A DNA stretch of 64,000 nt. It comes from Chiloscyllium plagiosum (Eukaryota). Shown in pieces: positions 13,955 through 27,723 of this stretch (position 1 is the stretch's first letter; the number at the start of each line of letters is the position of its first letter). The stretch is taken from the NCBI RefSeq assembly GCF_004010195.1, contig NC_057718.1:91677337-91741336 (forward strand), read 5' to 3'. Made by a program: the position numbers and the translations under genes. The notes under the pieces are model-generated. The model saw only the letters and a list, made by a program, of their open reading frames with translations, was not told where the DNA came from and ran no database searches.

Positions 13955-15865
13955 GACAGTGTGAAGTCAGAGGATTGGAAAGCCTACAAAGACCAACAGA
14001 GGAGAACAAAGAAAGAAATAAGGAGTGAGAAGATTATATGAGGGTAAGTTAGCCAGTAATATTAGGAAAGATTGCAAGAGTTTCTTCAGATATATAAAGG
14101 ACAAAAGAGATACAAACGTGGACAATGGGCCGCTGCAAAATGATGCTGGAGTAGTAGTAATGGAGAACAAAGAAATGGCTGACGAACTGAATAAATTCGG
14201 TGTGTCAGTCTTCACGATGGAAGACATGAGTAATATCCCAAAACTTCAAGAGATCGATGGGGGTATCACCAAGGAGAAGGTGCTAGAAAAACTGAAAAGT
14301 CTGAAAGTGGATAAATCGCTGAGACCAGTTGGGCTCTATCCTAGAGTTCTGACGGAGATAACTGAAGAGATAATGGAGGCTTTAGTAATGATCTTTCAGA
14401 TATCACTGGAGTCAGGGAGGGTCTCAGATGATTAGAAAATCACTATTGTAACATCCCCGGTATAAGAAGGAAGCCAGGCAAAAGACAGGAAATTGTAGGC
14501 CAATTAGCCTGAGCTCAGCTGTTGGCAACATTTTGGAGTCCATTGTGAAGGATGAGATTTTTGAATATTTGGAAGGGCATGGTAAAATAGGGTAAAGTCA
14601 GCATGGTTTTATCAAGGGGAGGTCATGTCTGAAAATTCTGTTAGAATTCTTTGAGGAGATAATGACCAGGTTAGACCAAAGAGAGCCAATGGATGTTTTC
14701 TATCTGGATTTCCATAAGGGTTTGATTAAGGTGCTGCACAGGATGCTGCTGAGTAAGATAAGGGCCCATGGTGTTAGAGGCCAGGTACTAGAATGGTTAG
14801 AAGATTGGCTGTCTGGCAGAAAGTAGAGTGGTGATAAAAAGGGTCTTTCTCAGGATGGAAACCGGTGACTAGTGGTGTTCTAGGGTCAGTATTGGGACCA
14901 CAACTTTTCACTTTATACATGAATGATCTGGATAAAGGAATTGAGGGCATTCTGGCTAAGTCTGCAGATAATACAAAGGTAAGTGGAGGGGCAGGTAGCA
15001 TTGAGGAGGCGGGAAGCTGCAGAAAGATTTAGACAGGTTAGGAGAATGAGTAAAGTAGTAGTAAATGGAATACAATGAGGGAAAGTATGAAGGCATGCAT
15101 TTTGGTAGGAAGAATACAGGCATGTACTATTTTCTAAATGGGGAGAAAATTCAGAAATCTCAAATGCAAAAGGACTTGAGTCCTAGTCCAGGTTTCTCTT
15201 AAGGTAAACTTGCAGTTTGAGTCAGTAGTTAGGAAGGCAAATACAATGTTGCCATTCATCTCAAGAGGACTCGAATATGAAAGCAGGGATGTACTTCTGA
15301 GGCTTGAGAAGGATCAAGTCAGACTATATTTAGAGCATTATGAGCAATTTCGGGCCCCATTCCCCAGGAAAGACGTACTGGCCTTGGAGTAGGTCCAGAG
15401 GAGGTTCACGAGAATGATCCCAAGAATGAAAGACTTAACATATGAGAAATGGAGGACTCTGGGACTATACTCAGAGTTTAGAAGATGAGGGGGGAATCTG
15501 ATTGAAACTTTCAGAATACTGAACGACCTGGACAGAGTTGACATTGGGAAGATGTTGCTATTGGCAGGAGAGACAAGGGTCCAAGGGCACAGCCTCAGAG
15601 TAAAGGGAAGACCTTTTAGAATGGATATAAGTAGAAACTTCTTTCGCTAGAGAGTGGTGAATCTGTGGAATTCATTACCACAGAAGGCTGTGGTGGCTAG
15701 GTCATTTAGTATATTTGAAACAGAGATAGATAAGTTCTTGATTGCCAAGGAGATCAAAGGTTATAGGGAGAAAGTGGGAAAATGGTGTTGAAAAACCTAT
15801 CAGCCACGACTGAATGGCAAATTGACTTTATGGGCCGAATCTCTGCTCCTATGTCTTATGGACAT
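13955..15865 (+). mobile_element. CR1 LINE ORF2 3' portion, degenerate
   Basis: ORFs KSFFRYIKDKR, LKVDKSLRPVGLYPRVL, KANTMLPFISRGLEY; tail ctcctatgtcttatgg. Confidence 0.9.
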
Positions 15866-15869
15866 CTAG

Positions 15870-17830
15870 AATCAAGCCCATTACCTCATATACCTCAGTG
15901 AACGTGTCAATGATGGCTCTTAACTTAGCCTCAGTGTGCATACATATAAGTGTCATCTGCAGACGGCAGTTTGATGACAGAAGTTGAAGTGGTTTTGGTT
16001 TGGAGGTGAAGGTTGAACAGTTTTCCCTTGAGCTGTAGAGAGCTCCACTCCAGCTGCAAGCTTCATACAGATGCAGTAGAGTGCTACTACAAGGAATATG
16101 GAGAAGTATGCTGGTACAATGACATGACCTCGGTTTGCACTTATATTGCCTCTATGGTGGACACATTAGTGAGGATCACGGCTTGCACATCATCAAGGAG
16201 ACTGGTGATTAATTTCTGTGGGCAGTTGAATTGGAGTCAGACATTCCAAAATCCTCACAGTTACAGAGTCAAAGGCCTTTTGTGAGATCAAAGGAGGCCA
16301 GTAGACTGGTTGGTGCTGCTCTCTGCACATGTTTTGGATCTGTTGGGCAGAAAATAGCCTGTCTTCATGTATGCAGCAAGGAGCTCTTCAGCTACTGGGA
16401 GTCAGCAGTTGAGGATTCTCACGATAACTTTTCCGAAGGTGGGCAGTAAGGAAATGCCCATGTAATTTCCACAATTGAAGAGGTCAAAATTAGGGTGTCT
16501 GAGATTCCCCCACATGCTCTCTTTTTTCCAGAAAAGAGTACTTGTGTTAAAGATTGTGTCGAGGTTGAAGAAATCCTCGGTTTTCTCTCCAATGGGGACT
16601 GACTGCCTCTTGGTCTCAGAGGAGCGACTTTCCATTTTTGATTCTCAATTCCCTGGCTACTCGAATCATAGATGGCTTTCTTTGAGTTGAAGAAACTGTG
16701 CATATTGTGGTTGTCAGCAAGTTATCGAGTTTCCTGCAATGTTTCTACCCTTTAAGTCTTTGTTGCACCTCAGCCTTCAGTTGCCTATAGACTTGTTACC
16801 TTTTGCTCAAGTTTGGTGAAGTTGCCAGTTAAGGAACACCTTGTACTTGCAATGTAGGAGATCCTGGATCGCCTGATCATTCTCAAATGAGTCTTGGTCT
16901 TTCCTGGTTGAAAGGCCAAGCATCTTCATGATGAAGGGCCAGGTAGTGAGGGCACTATGTGGTTCTAGCACATTGGTTAAGAGGAATCACCTGAGTAAGT
17001 CTTTCTACTCAGGTTCTTTGAGTCCAGCAACAATGAATCTCCTGATAGAGCAGTTTCTGCCTCTGCTAGTTTGGGACCACGTTGATGGAGATAGTAGAGC
17101 AGACCAGCAGTTGTCAGCTCCAGTTAAGGCGCAGGTGATGCAGCTATCTTTGTGGTCCTTCACTAATACTGTGATGTAGTCTATTTGGTGCCAGTGCATG
17201 GGGCGGGGTTTGTCATGAGATCTTGTGCTTGCTCCTCTGATGAAACAAGGTGTTTGTTATGAAGAGGTTATGTTCTAGGCACTTAGTCGGGAAAAGAACT
17301 CCACTGGAGTTTGGTTTCCCTGTGTCTTTGTTGCCTACCACACCATACCAAAGGTTTGCGTCCATCACAATTCTGACACTGAAGTCACCAAAGAGAATCA
17401 ACTTGTCCCGCTTGGGGATGCAGGACAAGAGTTAGTTGAGGCTGGCGTAGATTGTCTAATGTGCCGGTTCTAGGATTAGGGCAGTGATGGTGACAACCAC
17501 AATGTCCTGTTTCTACAGCGTAAGCTGTAGGGTAATGAGGCACTCCCTCCCAGCTGTATATGTGTGCCACAACCCCAGTGAATCTGCCCTTCAGGTTGGG
17601 CAGAACATACTCAGGGACGATGATGAGGGTGTCTGCACAGTCCTTTTCACAGAATCAGACCTTACAGAGAATGTTGGGGGTGCTCAACATCTGTGGGACA
17701 GCTTTTTCAATTTAGGCCTGTGGTCCTGGATGATGGAGAAAAGAACTTTGGAAGGTCGAGAGAGTCATGTGTGCCATCGTCATTTCTGGTGCTTTGGTAG
17801 ACACTGGGTAATTTGTCCAGTTTCATTCCT
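15870..17830 (-). mobile_element. RTE-clade LINE (AP-endonuclease and RT remnants)
   Basis: DKLILFGDFS, NLFITNTLF, WHQIDYI, CWSA.. endonuclease motifs; TIVTIFKKGDKSDCGNYRGISLL-like segment (DLFNCGNYMGISLLPTFGKVI). Confidence 0.8.
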
Positions 17831-18252
17831 TTTATTAGACAAAGCTGTCGTTTGACAAAACTGAAAGCTTGCGAGGTATTTTAAGAGTCAACCATATTGC
17901 TGTGATCTGGAATCTCACAGAGCAGGTGAAGGGGGGCAGATACTCCTTCTCTAAAGGAGATTAATATGGACTTAATGTTAAAAAAATACTCATATAGGAT
18001 CAAAAATGTCCAGAATTAGAAACAACAGAAATCTTTGTTAGAGCAAGGATTTTGAGAAAACTTCATTTAAACGTAGAGCTGGAGGGAATTAAGTAGATAG
18101 CTTAGAAAGGAGGAACAGCATCAAAATAGTCCGCCATCAACAAGAGTTAAAGGCTGTTTTTGGAAGATATTATTGCAGAAGTAGTGTGATAAATTATAGG
18201 ATGCAATTTATAGATCAGAGTTCTAGATTTAGCATTTTAAATTCTATGCATT

Positions 18253-19580
18253 GAAAGTTTGTGAGAAGATTTGTAGCTCGGGTGCTCGTTGTTGTGGTTC
18301 TGTTCACCGAGCTGGGAATTTGTGTTGCAGACGTTTCGTCCCCTGCCTTGGTGGCATCCTCAGTGCTTGGGAGCCTCCTGTGAAACGCTTCTGTAATCTT
18401 TCCTCTGGCATTTATAGTGGTTTGAATCTGCCGCTTCCGGTTGTCAGTTCCAGCTGTCCGCTGCAGTGGTCGGTATATTGGGTCCAGGTCGATGTGCTCA
18501 TTGATTGAATCTGTGGATGAGTGCCATGCCTCTAGGAATTCCCTGCTGTTCTCTGTTTCGCTTGTCCTATAATAGTAGTGTTGTCCCAGTCGAATGCATG
18601 TTGCTTGTCATCTGCGTGTGTGGCTACTAAGGATAGCTGGTCGTGTCATTTCGTGGCTAGTTGGTGTTCATGGATGCGGATCGTTAGCTGTCTTCCTGTT
18701 TGTCCTATGTAGTGTTTTGTGCAGTCCTTGCATGGGATTTTGTACACTAAATTGCTTTTGCTCATGCTGGGTATCGGGTCCTTCGTTCTGGTGAGTTGTT
18801 GTCTGAGAGTGGCTGTTGGTTTGTGTGCTGTTATGAGTCCTAGTGGTCACAGTAGTCTGGCTGTCAGTTTGGAAATGCCTTTGATGTATGGTAGTGTGGC
18901 TAGTCCTTTGGGTTGCGGCATGTCCTCGTTCCGTTGTCTTTCCCTTAGGCATCTGTTGATGAAGTTGCGCGGGTATCTGTTTTTGGCGAATACCTTGTAT
19001 AGGTGTTCTTCTTTTTGCAGTTCTGGTGTACTGCAGTGTGTTGTGGCCCTTTTGAATAGTGTCCTGATGCAGCTTCGTTTGTGTGTTGGGGTAGTTACTT
19101 TCATAGTTTAGGACTTGGTCTGTGTGTGTGGCTTTCCTGTATACCCTTGTNNNNCTTTTGAATAGTGTCTTGATGCAACTTCGTTTGTGTGTGTTGGGGT
19201 GGTTGCTAGCGTAGTTCAGGACTTGGTCTGTGTGTGTGGTTTTCCTGTATACCTTTGTGGTGAATTCTCCGCTCGGTGTTCTCTGTACTATCACGTCTAG
19301 GAATGGGAGTTGGTTGTCCTTTTCTTTCTCTCTAGTGAATCGGGTTCCTGTGAGTGTAGCGTTGATGATCCGGTGTGTGTTCTCTATTTCTGTGTTTTTA
19401 ATGATTACAAAGGTGTCATCCACATATCTGACCCAGAGTTTGGGTTGAATTTGCGGTAAGACTGTTTCAGAGCCCATCTCTGGACTCATAGCAGAAGCGG
19501 TAATGCAAAGATTAGAACAAACAGTCTTACCGCAAGTTCAACCCAAATTCTGGGTCAGATATGTGGAAGACACCTTTGTA
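18253..19580 (-). mobile_element. Penelope-like element (Penelope/Poseidon type): RT + GIY-YIG endonuclease + 3' terminal repeat, 5'-truncated with terminal inversion
   Basis: WVRYVDDTF, LPFLDV, VYRKTTHTDQVLNY..NHP; downstream VYKIPCKDC..HYIGQTGR endonuclease; frameshifted. Confidence 0.92.
18326..18366 (-). ncRNA. Minimal type I hammerhead ribozyme motif in the PLE terminal repeat
   Basis: Minus strand GCA-CUGAGGA-UGCCACCAAGGCAGGGGAC-GAAAC-GUC-UGC: CUGANGA and GAAA cores, GUC cleavage triplet, 3-bp stem I, imperfect stem II. Confidence 0.75.
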
Positions 19581-22309
19581 GGGTGAAGAGGTATAGCTAG
19601 GATTGAGGCTAGCATTCATCTTGGTGATGAACTGAAAGTGCAATGTGAAGATCAAATCCTGTTCAAATAGGGTACTGGTGATTGTACCCTACTTCAGCCT
19701 GGATGAACAACTGAAAAGGTTACAGTATTGACATTCTGATGAAGGCCAAAACTGATGACTTCAGTTTCTTGGATGCAGTGAAGTCAAATCATATCTCATG
19801 CACAACTGACTGTCAAGATAAACAGTTTGACAGCAGAAAAGTATTAAGTGCAGTAATGGAGGAGAGAACAGTGTTTCTTCACCACACAATTCAAGGATGA
19901 TCCTGTGAGAAAGGATACATTCCACAAAATGTCAACATATATGTAAGGAACAGCATGATGTGAAGTGAAGGGTTTTGCATTGAAAAGATACAGTTGCTGG
20001 ATGAGGACAGGTCGAATAAAACTAGAGAAAGGCAGTCTTATTGAACTGGACCACGGATAAGAGGCAATGGTTATAGTGGTCAGCTTTGTTGAACTCTGCA
20101 GAGATGTTCAGAAGAGACATGAATAATGTACAACTTCCACAAACAGACATAACATCTGAGAATTAGACCATTACATAATTTGCATGCTTAGCTGTGTAGC
20201 TATAAACTTACAATTAAAGTCAAAAAACAAATTCTCACTGCTGTAGAGAGACATTGGGTGATATAAAAGACAACATCTAAAGTAGTGGACTCAACTGGGT
20301 TGTAATGAGCATATTTTCCATTCTATTCATTTTACTCTAATGAATAGGTTGGTTCATTCAAGCAATTTTGAAAGTCCAGATGTTTTACAAGTTGAATTTA
20401 TTTTTGTCATGCAGTTATAGAACTGCTGCCTTTATCTACACTGTTACAAAATGAACACACCCAACACTGACTTGAATTGTGAGCAGGGTAGAAAGCAGGA
20501 TTTGAAGATGACATCCTGGACTTCAAATGTTAACTCTGTCCACAGGTGAAGCCAGACCTGCTGAGTTTCTCTAGCACTTTCTGCCCTTGTTTCTGATAGG
20601 ATTCATACTGGGAATCTGGGAGACAAAGGCAAGAAGCGCAAGGAGACTGATATATTCAAAGACTTGACAGAGAAACAGTACATTATGGGGTAAGCAGTTG
20701 AAGAGAACTGTTAGCTCAAGCACAAGCTTTTTTTGTGAAGGGCGCAATTGCATTAATTAAGAAAGAAAGAAGAAAGCATACGCTTGAACAAAGGAAGCAT
20801 TTTACTATGCAGAATGGTTCATAGCCCAGAAAGGTATACAAGTAATCGATATTGAAGGAATAGAAAGAATGCTGTGCTTGAAGTAAAAGAGAAAGAGTTG
20901 AATTTTAAAAAACGTCACCCCAATTTTCAAATCCCTCGACAAACCTATCCTTGCTATTGTAACTTCCTCCAGGTCTATAACCTTTGTGATTTCTACACTT
21001 ATCCAATTCTGGCTTCTTCTCCATTTCCAATTTTACACACTCCACCATTAGCAGGTTTCCTTTCAGATGCACAAGTCTTAAGCTATTGAACTTATTCAAT
21101 TCCTATCTGCCTGCCCATTTCTTTTAGACAGTCCTTAAACCTACCTTTGTCTAAGCTTTTAGCTATTGGACCTAATATTTCCTTAAGTGGCTCAATACCA
21201 AATTTTGCTTGATGAAGCATAGAATCACAGAGTAGTATCATACAAGTGGTGGTGAATTGACTTAGAGTTTTGTAGATCTTTTACAAAGTAATCCAATTAG
21301 TTCCAATCCCCTATTCTTTATTCATATCATTGAACTTCTTTTCCTTTCAAGTCTTTTCTAACTTCCTTTTGAAGGATACTTTGAATCTGCATTCATAACA
21401 GTACATTGCAATCCTAACCACATGTCACAAAAAAAATGTCATATTGTCTCAAGTTCTTTTGTCTATCATCTTAAATCCCTGCTTTCCGATTGGAGAAATC
21501 TTCAGCAATAAGAAATGGAACATATCCAGTATGATGTAAAATACTTGAAAATTAAACAACTTTTACTCCCATTCAACAAAATTAAATACTTGAGGCAAAA
21601 TTTTGTGCCCTCCTTATGGCACATTAAGGGGAGCATGGTGGAGACTACTCCAGTTAAGTCCATGTGGGAAGACTTACCAGTATCCAATTAATGCCTACTG
21701 AAGAGTATTAACCCAGCTGCAAGCATGGTTTGCCACATGGGTTGCACAACAACAACTGTATGTGTGTTCAGGTGAGATTCCTTGTTCAAAGGCAGGTGGT
21801 GCCTGATCAAAGGTTGCCCACCACCAAACCAAAAGTGTTGATGGAGAGGGGTCACTGAGAGCTGGCCCCCTGCATTCACTATACTGATGCTCCTCTCATC
21901 CCAAACCTGTTTCACTCATCTGTACCTGGTGTTGTCTTCAATCCTGGGTCTCAGGGTGACATAGCACGAACAGCACCCTGCCTCCCTAGTGGCACTGCCG
22001 AACAGGGAAGAGGTACTAGCCTGAGAGGTTTTGCATTTATATTTGTACATTCTAACATAGTGCTGTATAGCTATTTCTATTTAATTTCGAAATGTACATA
22101 AAATATTAATTTATCTGACTATAATTCTGGTTTTCTGGCCCAAGATAGATGTAACACCAACTTACATTTACCTGTGGTTTCACAAACACGTTACTGAAGA
22201 CTGGATGATTTCAAGGCTTTGTGTGCTTGACAATATTCCACAAAGTGCAGGATACATACATTCCACCAAATACAAAAAATTCAAAGGGGCGGACTTGCTA
22301 TCCACGCTG

Positions 22310-23871
22310 AACGAAATATGTGCTGGAAATTTTGGAAAATATTAAGATTGATAAGTCCCAGGGCAAGACCAGATTTATCCTAGGCTGCTCCGGGAAGCAA
22401 GAAAGGAGGTTGCTAAGCCATGGGTGTTGTACCGGAGGATTGGAAGGAGGTGAATGTTGTTCCTCTTTTCAAGAAGTGGAATAGGGAAATCTCTGACAAT
22501 TACAGACCAGTCAGTCTTACGTCTGTGGTCAGCAAAGTTTTGAAAAGAATTCTGAGGGATAGGATTTATAACTATTTGGCAAAGCATAGTGTGATTAAAG
22601 GCAATCAACATAGCTTTGAGAGGGGCAGGTCATGCCTCACAAATCTTATTGAGTTCTTTGAGGAGGTGACGAGACAGGTCAACAAAGGTGGATGTGGTAT
22701 ATATGGACTTCAGCAAGGCATTTGATAAGGTTCCCCATGGTAAGCTCATTCATAAAATCAGGAAGTATGGGATACAGGGAGATTTGGCTATCTGGATTCA
22801 GAATTGGTTGGCTGACAGAAGGCAGAGAATGGTTGTATATGGAAAGTAATCTGCCTGGAGGTCAGTCTTGAGTGGTGTCCCGCAGGGCTCTGTTCTCAGG
22901 TCTCTGCTCTTTGTAGTTTTTATAAATGCCTTGGATGAGGAGGTTGAGGGGTGGGTTAGTAAATTTGCAGATGACACTAAAGTTGGAGGTGTCGTCGAAA
23001 GTATAGAGGGCTATTGCAGGCTGCAGCGTGACATAGACAGGATGCAGAGCTGGGTTGAGAAATGGCAGATGGAGTTCAACCTGGATAAATATGAAGTGAT
23101 GCATTTTGGAAGGTCGAACGTGAATGCTGAATATAGGATTAAAGACAGGATTCTTGGCAGAGTGGAGGAACAGAAGGATCTGGATGTGCAAGTACATAGA
23201 TCCCTCAAAGTTGCCACCCAAGTGGATAGGGTTGTTAAGAAATCATATGGTGTTTGGCTTTTATTAACAGGGGATCAAGTTTAAGAGCCACGGGGTTTTG
23301 TTACAGCTCTACAAGTCCCTGGTGAGACCACACTTGGAATATTGTGTCCAGTTCTAGTTGCCCTATGAGAAGAAAGATACAGAGGCTTTGGAGAGGGTGC
23401 AAAGAAGGCTTACCAGGATGCTGCCTGGACTTGAGGGCTTGCCTTATGAAGAAAGGTTGAATAAGCTCGGATGTTTCTCTCCGGAGTGAAGGAGGAAGAG
23501 AGGAGACCTGATCGAGATATACAAGATGATGAGTGGAATAGATAAAGAGTCAATAGCCAGAGAATTTTCCCCAGGGCAGGTTTAACTGGTACGAGGAGTC
23601 ATAGTTTGAAGATATTAGGAGGAAGACATAAAGGAGATGTCAGAGGTAGGTTCTTTATGCAGAGAGTTGTGAATGCATGGAATGCGTTGCCAGCTGTGGT
23701 GGTGGAAGCAGAGTCACTGGGGACATTTAAGCGATTGCTGGACATGCACATGGATAGCAGTGAGTTGAGGGGTGCGTAGGTTAAGTTACTATATTTCACA
23801 TTAGAATTAAACCTCGGCACAACATCGTGGGCCAAAGGGCCTGTTCTGTGTTGTATTTTTCTATGTTCTAA
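22310..23871 (+). mobile_element. CR1 LINE, 5'-truncated
   Basis: NYRPVSLTSVVSK, SGVPQGSVL, SKFADDTKVGG, WQMEFN; ttctatgttcta tail. Confidence 0.93.
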
Positions 23872-23879
23872 GTCAAATT

Positions 23880-26345
23880 TAGGAACTCAAAGAACAGATA
23901 TATAATTTTGCAAAGATACGTGCCAAGTCAGAAGATTGGACTGAATACTAAAAAATGCAAAGAATTACCATAATATTAATAAGAAGGAAACATTCAAGTA
24001 GGAGAGAAAGCTAGTCAAAACATAAAAACAGATGGACAGGAAAAATGTCTTCAGATTTTTAAATAAGAAAACAGTAACAAGTCTTGGTCCTATAAAAATC
24101 ATAAAGAGATGCCAATGAACAGCATACAAGTAACATCCAAGAAATAACTGTAAATCAGGAATTGAAAGGGAGACACTGAAGAAAATTACAATTACCAGAG
24201 AAGCAGTAAATTGTCAGACTTATGAGCTGACAAATCTCTGGCTTCTGATGCCCAGAGAATTATTAGGCATGAGAGTTGATGCCTTAAGTTTTCATTTTCC
24301 AAAACTCATTAGATTCAGGATGGAGGATGGATGAAAACTGTGGCTGTAAGAGATGCTCCTTTTTGGAGGTTTTGTTCAGTGTTGGAGCTGATTATCTCCA
24401 ACGCTTGGAGTAGTAATTACTGTTTTATAAAGCGCTGTTTTGTAACTTTGGAAAGAGAAGATATCAAAAAAACGTTAGTTTAAAATGGGAGGAAGAGAAA
24501 GAGCAGATACCACATGAGAGATGAAAAAAGGAGCAAGGAACCTGCACAGCTGACTGACCAGGCAGTGAACTTGCACAGCTGACTGCTTAAGCTGTTTAGT
24601 TACAAGTATCTCTGGACATCAGAGTTTGGTCTAAGAAAAATAAAGAAACAGTGAATTTCACAGCTAAACTTGGAGAATCCTCAGGACTGCTCACAGCAGG
24701 GGAACAGCTAAGTGTTTTTCTTAAAGTCTAATATGCTGCCAGAGGAAGTACTGGAGACTTGTACAATTACAGCATTCAAAAGGCATCTGGATGGATATAT
24801 GAACAGGAAGGGTTTAGAGAGATATGTGTCAAATGCTGGAAAATGGGATCAGATTAATTTAGGATGCCAGATCATCCTGGACGAGTTGGACTAAAGGGCC
24901 TGTTTCCACGCTGTACATCTGTATGAATCTCTTTGAAAATAACTAATGTGACTCCTTTATTCGACAATGGAGGGAGGCAGAAAGCAAGAAACTACAGGCC
25001 ATTAACTTAACATCTGTCGTTGGGAAAATGCTAAAACCATCATTAAAGACATTGTAACAGGGCACCTGGGCAAGTTCAAGGTAACCAGGCAAAGCCAACA
25101 TGGTTTTGTCAAGGGGAAATCATGTTTAACTAATTTATTGGATTTCTGAAGTAACTTGTGCTGTGGATAAAGGTGAAACAGTGGATATATTGTATTTAGA
25201 TTTCTAGAAAGTATTTGACAAGGTGCCACATCAAAATTGAAAGTTCATGTTGTTGGAGGTGACATATTAGCATGAATTGAAGTTCGATCAGCGAACAGGA
25301 CACAGTATAAATAAATGGTTCTTTTCAGACTGGCAGTTGTTACAAGTGGTGTGTCAAAGGGGTTGGTGCTAGAGTCTCAACTCTTCACAATTTATATGAG
25401 TGATTTGGATGAAGGATTCAAAGTTGCAGAAGCTAAATTTGCTGATGACACAAAGAGGGCAAGAAAGCGAGTTGCAAATAGCACATCATAAGGAGCTTAC
25501 AAAGGGTTATTGCTAGTTTAAGTGAGTGAGCAAAGATGAGGTGAATGGAGTGTAATATGGAGAAATGTGAAATTGTTCATTTTGCCAGAAAGAATTAAAA
25601 AAGCACATTATCTCAGAGATAACAGTGCGATGCAGACACATCTGGATATCCCAGTGCATTAATTCCAAAAGGTTGGTCTGTAGGTACAGTACTTAATTAG
25701 GAAAGGTAATATAATGTTGTTATGTTTTATTGAGACAGAAATAGAATGCAAGAGTAGGGAGTTTCTGTTTCAATCACACAGAGCATTGGTGAGACCATGT
25801 CTGGAGTACTCTGTGCAGTTCTGGTCACTGTTTTTATGGGAGCCTGTTAATGCATTGGAAGCAGTTCAGAGAAGGTTTACTAGACTAACACCTGGAATGA
25901 ATACATTGCCTTAGAAGGAAATGCTAAACAGGCAAGGCCTGCATCCTCTGGAATACAGAAAACTCAAGAGATTACTTAATTGCAACATAGGATCTTGAGG
26001 GAGTTTGACCAAGTGGATGTGGAAAGGATACTTCCTCTTCTGGGCAAAACTAGAACTAAGGTCATAGTTTACAAATAAGGGATTGCCCATTTAAAGATGA
26101 GGATTGCTTTTTCTAAGAGTTGAGAGTCTTTAGAATTCCATTCCTCAAAAGGACAGTAGATACAGGACCTTTAAACATTTTTAAGACAGAAGCAAATAGA
26201 TTCTTGATCATCAAGACAACAAAAGATAAACTGAGTACACAAGAATGTGAATTTGAGATTAAAATTAGATCAGTTCTGATCTTATCGAATGGCTGAGCAA
26301 GCTCAAAGGGCTGCATGGCCTACTTTAGATCCTTGTCCATGTGCA
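23880..26345 (+). mobile_element. Older CR1 copy, interrupted by other repeats (~24345-24720 unclassified; ~24730-24930 CR1 3' end)
   Basis: Degenerate RT motifs (tttgctgatgacacaaag ~25438; RALVRPCLEYSVQFWS); ORF 24712-24894 matches the CR1 C-terminus. Confidence 0.75.
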
Positions 26346-26659
26346 ACCTTAACGGGCAGACTAACAGTCACAATTTCCAAATCATGAAGTACTCTCCTGG
26401 GAAATGAAGCTTTTGTAAGATAAATGAAGACACAACATTTCTGAAATGATAACATTAAATCATTATGGTAGTGACTCCCTGCTGGATGGACAGCTAATAC
26501 AATACAAGAAATGAGAGGCTCTAGTTATGTATGGAGTTGGGAGAAAACAAAACTACTCTAATTGGAATAATAATTGACAGCAGATGTGAATCACTTGGTC
26601 AAAGGTTTTTCATTGGGTAGTGTTTCAGTAAATAGAAGGCATAAATTCATTTTTACTGT

Positions 26660-27275
26660 TGTGGACCAGGTCAGACCCCCTCAAACCATTTCAAGAAAGT
26701 GGCCCAGATGCTAACTTTGCTAGCTGTTTTAAGCAGGTGTATTGCGGATATTCCAGGAGGGATGCAGTTGGTCAAACCAAGTAGTTGTAAAGAAATCAGA
26801 ATTTATTTACAAGATTACTGAATAAAATACAAACAAAACAGAAAGAATACTGAATAACTTATACCTATCTGAAAACCCAACAAATTATACCAACTAAATG
26901 ATGCTGTTCCAAATACTTGCAACAATCCCCATAAATACCCTTTGGTACAAAAGGTAAAATCAAACACGGGGTCTTACAAGAGAGAGGTCAAAGAGAGGGA
27001 GGATCAGCATGGACTTGCTTTGTTGGATCCAGCAGCTTCCAAACACTACTGCTAAAAACCAAACCACAGATAAGTTGAGCTGGGAGAACTGGCCACTTCC
27101 CTTTCACTGTGCAAGTTTTTTTTAAAAACTTAAAAGCTTGTATCTGTTAGCCATAATTAAATTGGCCCTAAAACCCTTCAAACGCAGACTTTTCAGAGAA
27201 AAGTGTCTTTCACGACCTCTGTGAGAAGAAAAGCCAAGGACAGCATAACCTTGTTAAAGGTGCAGCATTGTCACA
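26660..27275 (-). mobile_element. Probable solo LTR (616 bp)
   Basis: TGTGG...TCACA termini, flanks actgt/actgc (near-perfect 5 bp TSD), minus-strand AATAAA; a related sequence lies at ~59660-60190. Confidence 0.65.
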
Positions 27276-27723
27276 ACTGCCAGAAGAACAAAGAGAAGCG
27301 CTGGGATGTTTACAAAAATTTCAGTTCTGTTGGGACATAGCATCTGTAAAATTATTCTAAGCAGAATTCTTTATAATTGTGAAAGCTAAGCAGTCAGACA
27401 CTTCAACAAGAAACATTTAATATGGTACAAGAAAAAAAAGAAGAAAAGGGATCAAGTGAATAAGCTGTGTCAGAGCTGGTACAGGTGCAATGGGCTGAAT
27501 GGTTTCTTTCTGCATGAAATATTATCACCTTTCAAGAACAGTAGCTGCTGATTCCATGCCAACCCTTGTTTTGAGCTGCAAAGCACAATCAAACATTTAC
27601 TTATGAATTAATCAGAAAGCCTCCTGCCAGAACAACACTGGCTGATGATTTAATGGAGGCTAAAAGAACCACGTTGTGATTTATCGACGGTTGGAGTATA
27701 CTGTACAATGAAGTTATACTTAC

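Noticed and set aside
19040..19260. ~100 bp tandem duplication across a 4-N break inside the Penelope element
   Set aside because: It sits exactly at a contig join and the copies differ; most likely an assembly overlap of two repeat copies or haplotypes.
1..27723. Expected next RalGAP exon (VPFFGPLFDGAIV...)
   Set aside because: Not found by eye on the minus strand; probably beyond the window start, though a TBLASTN is needed to be sure.
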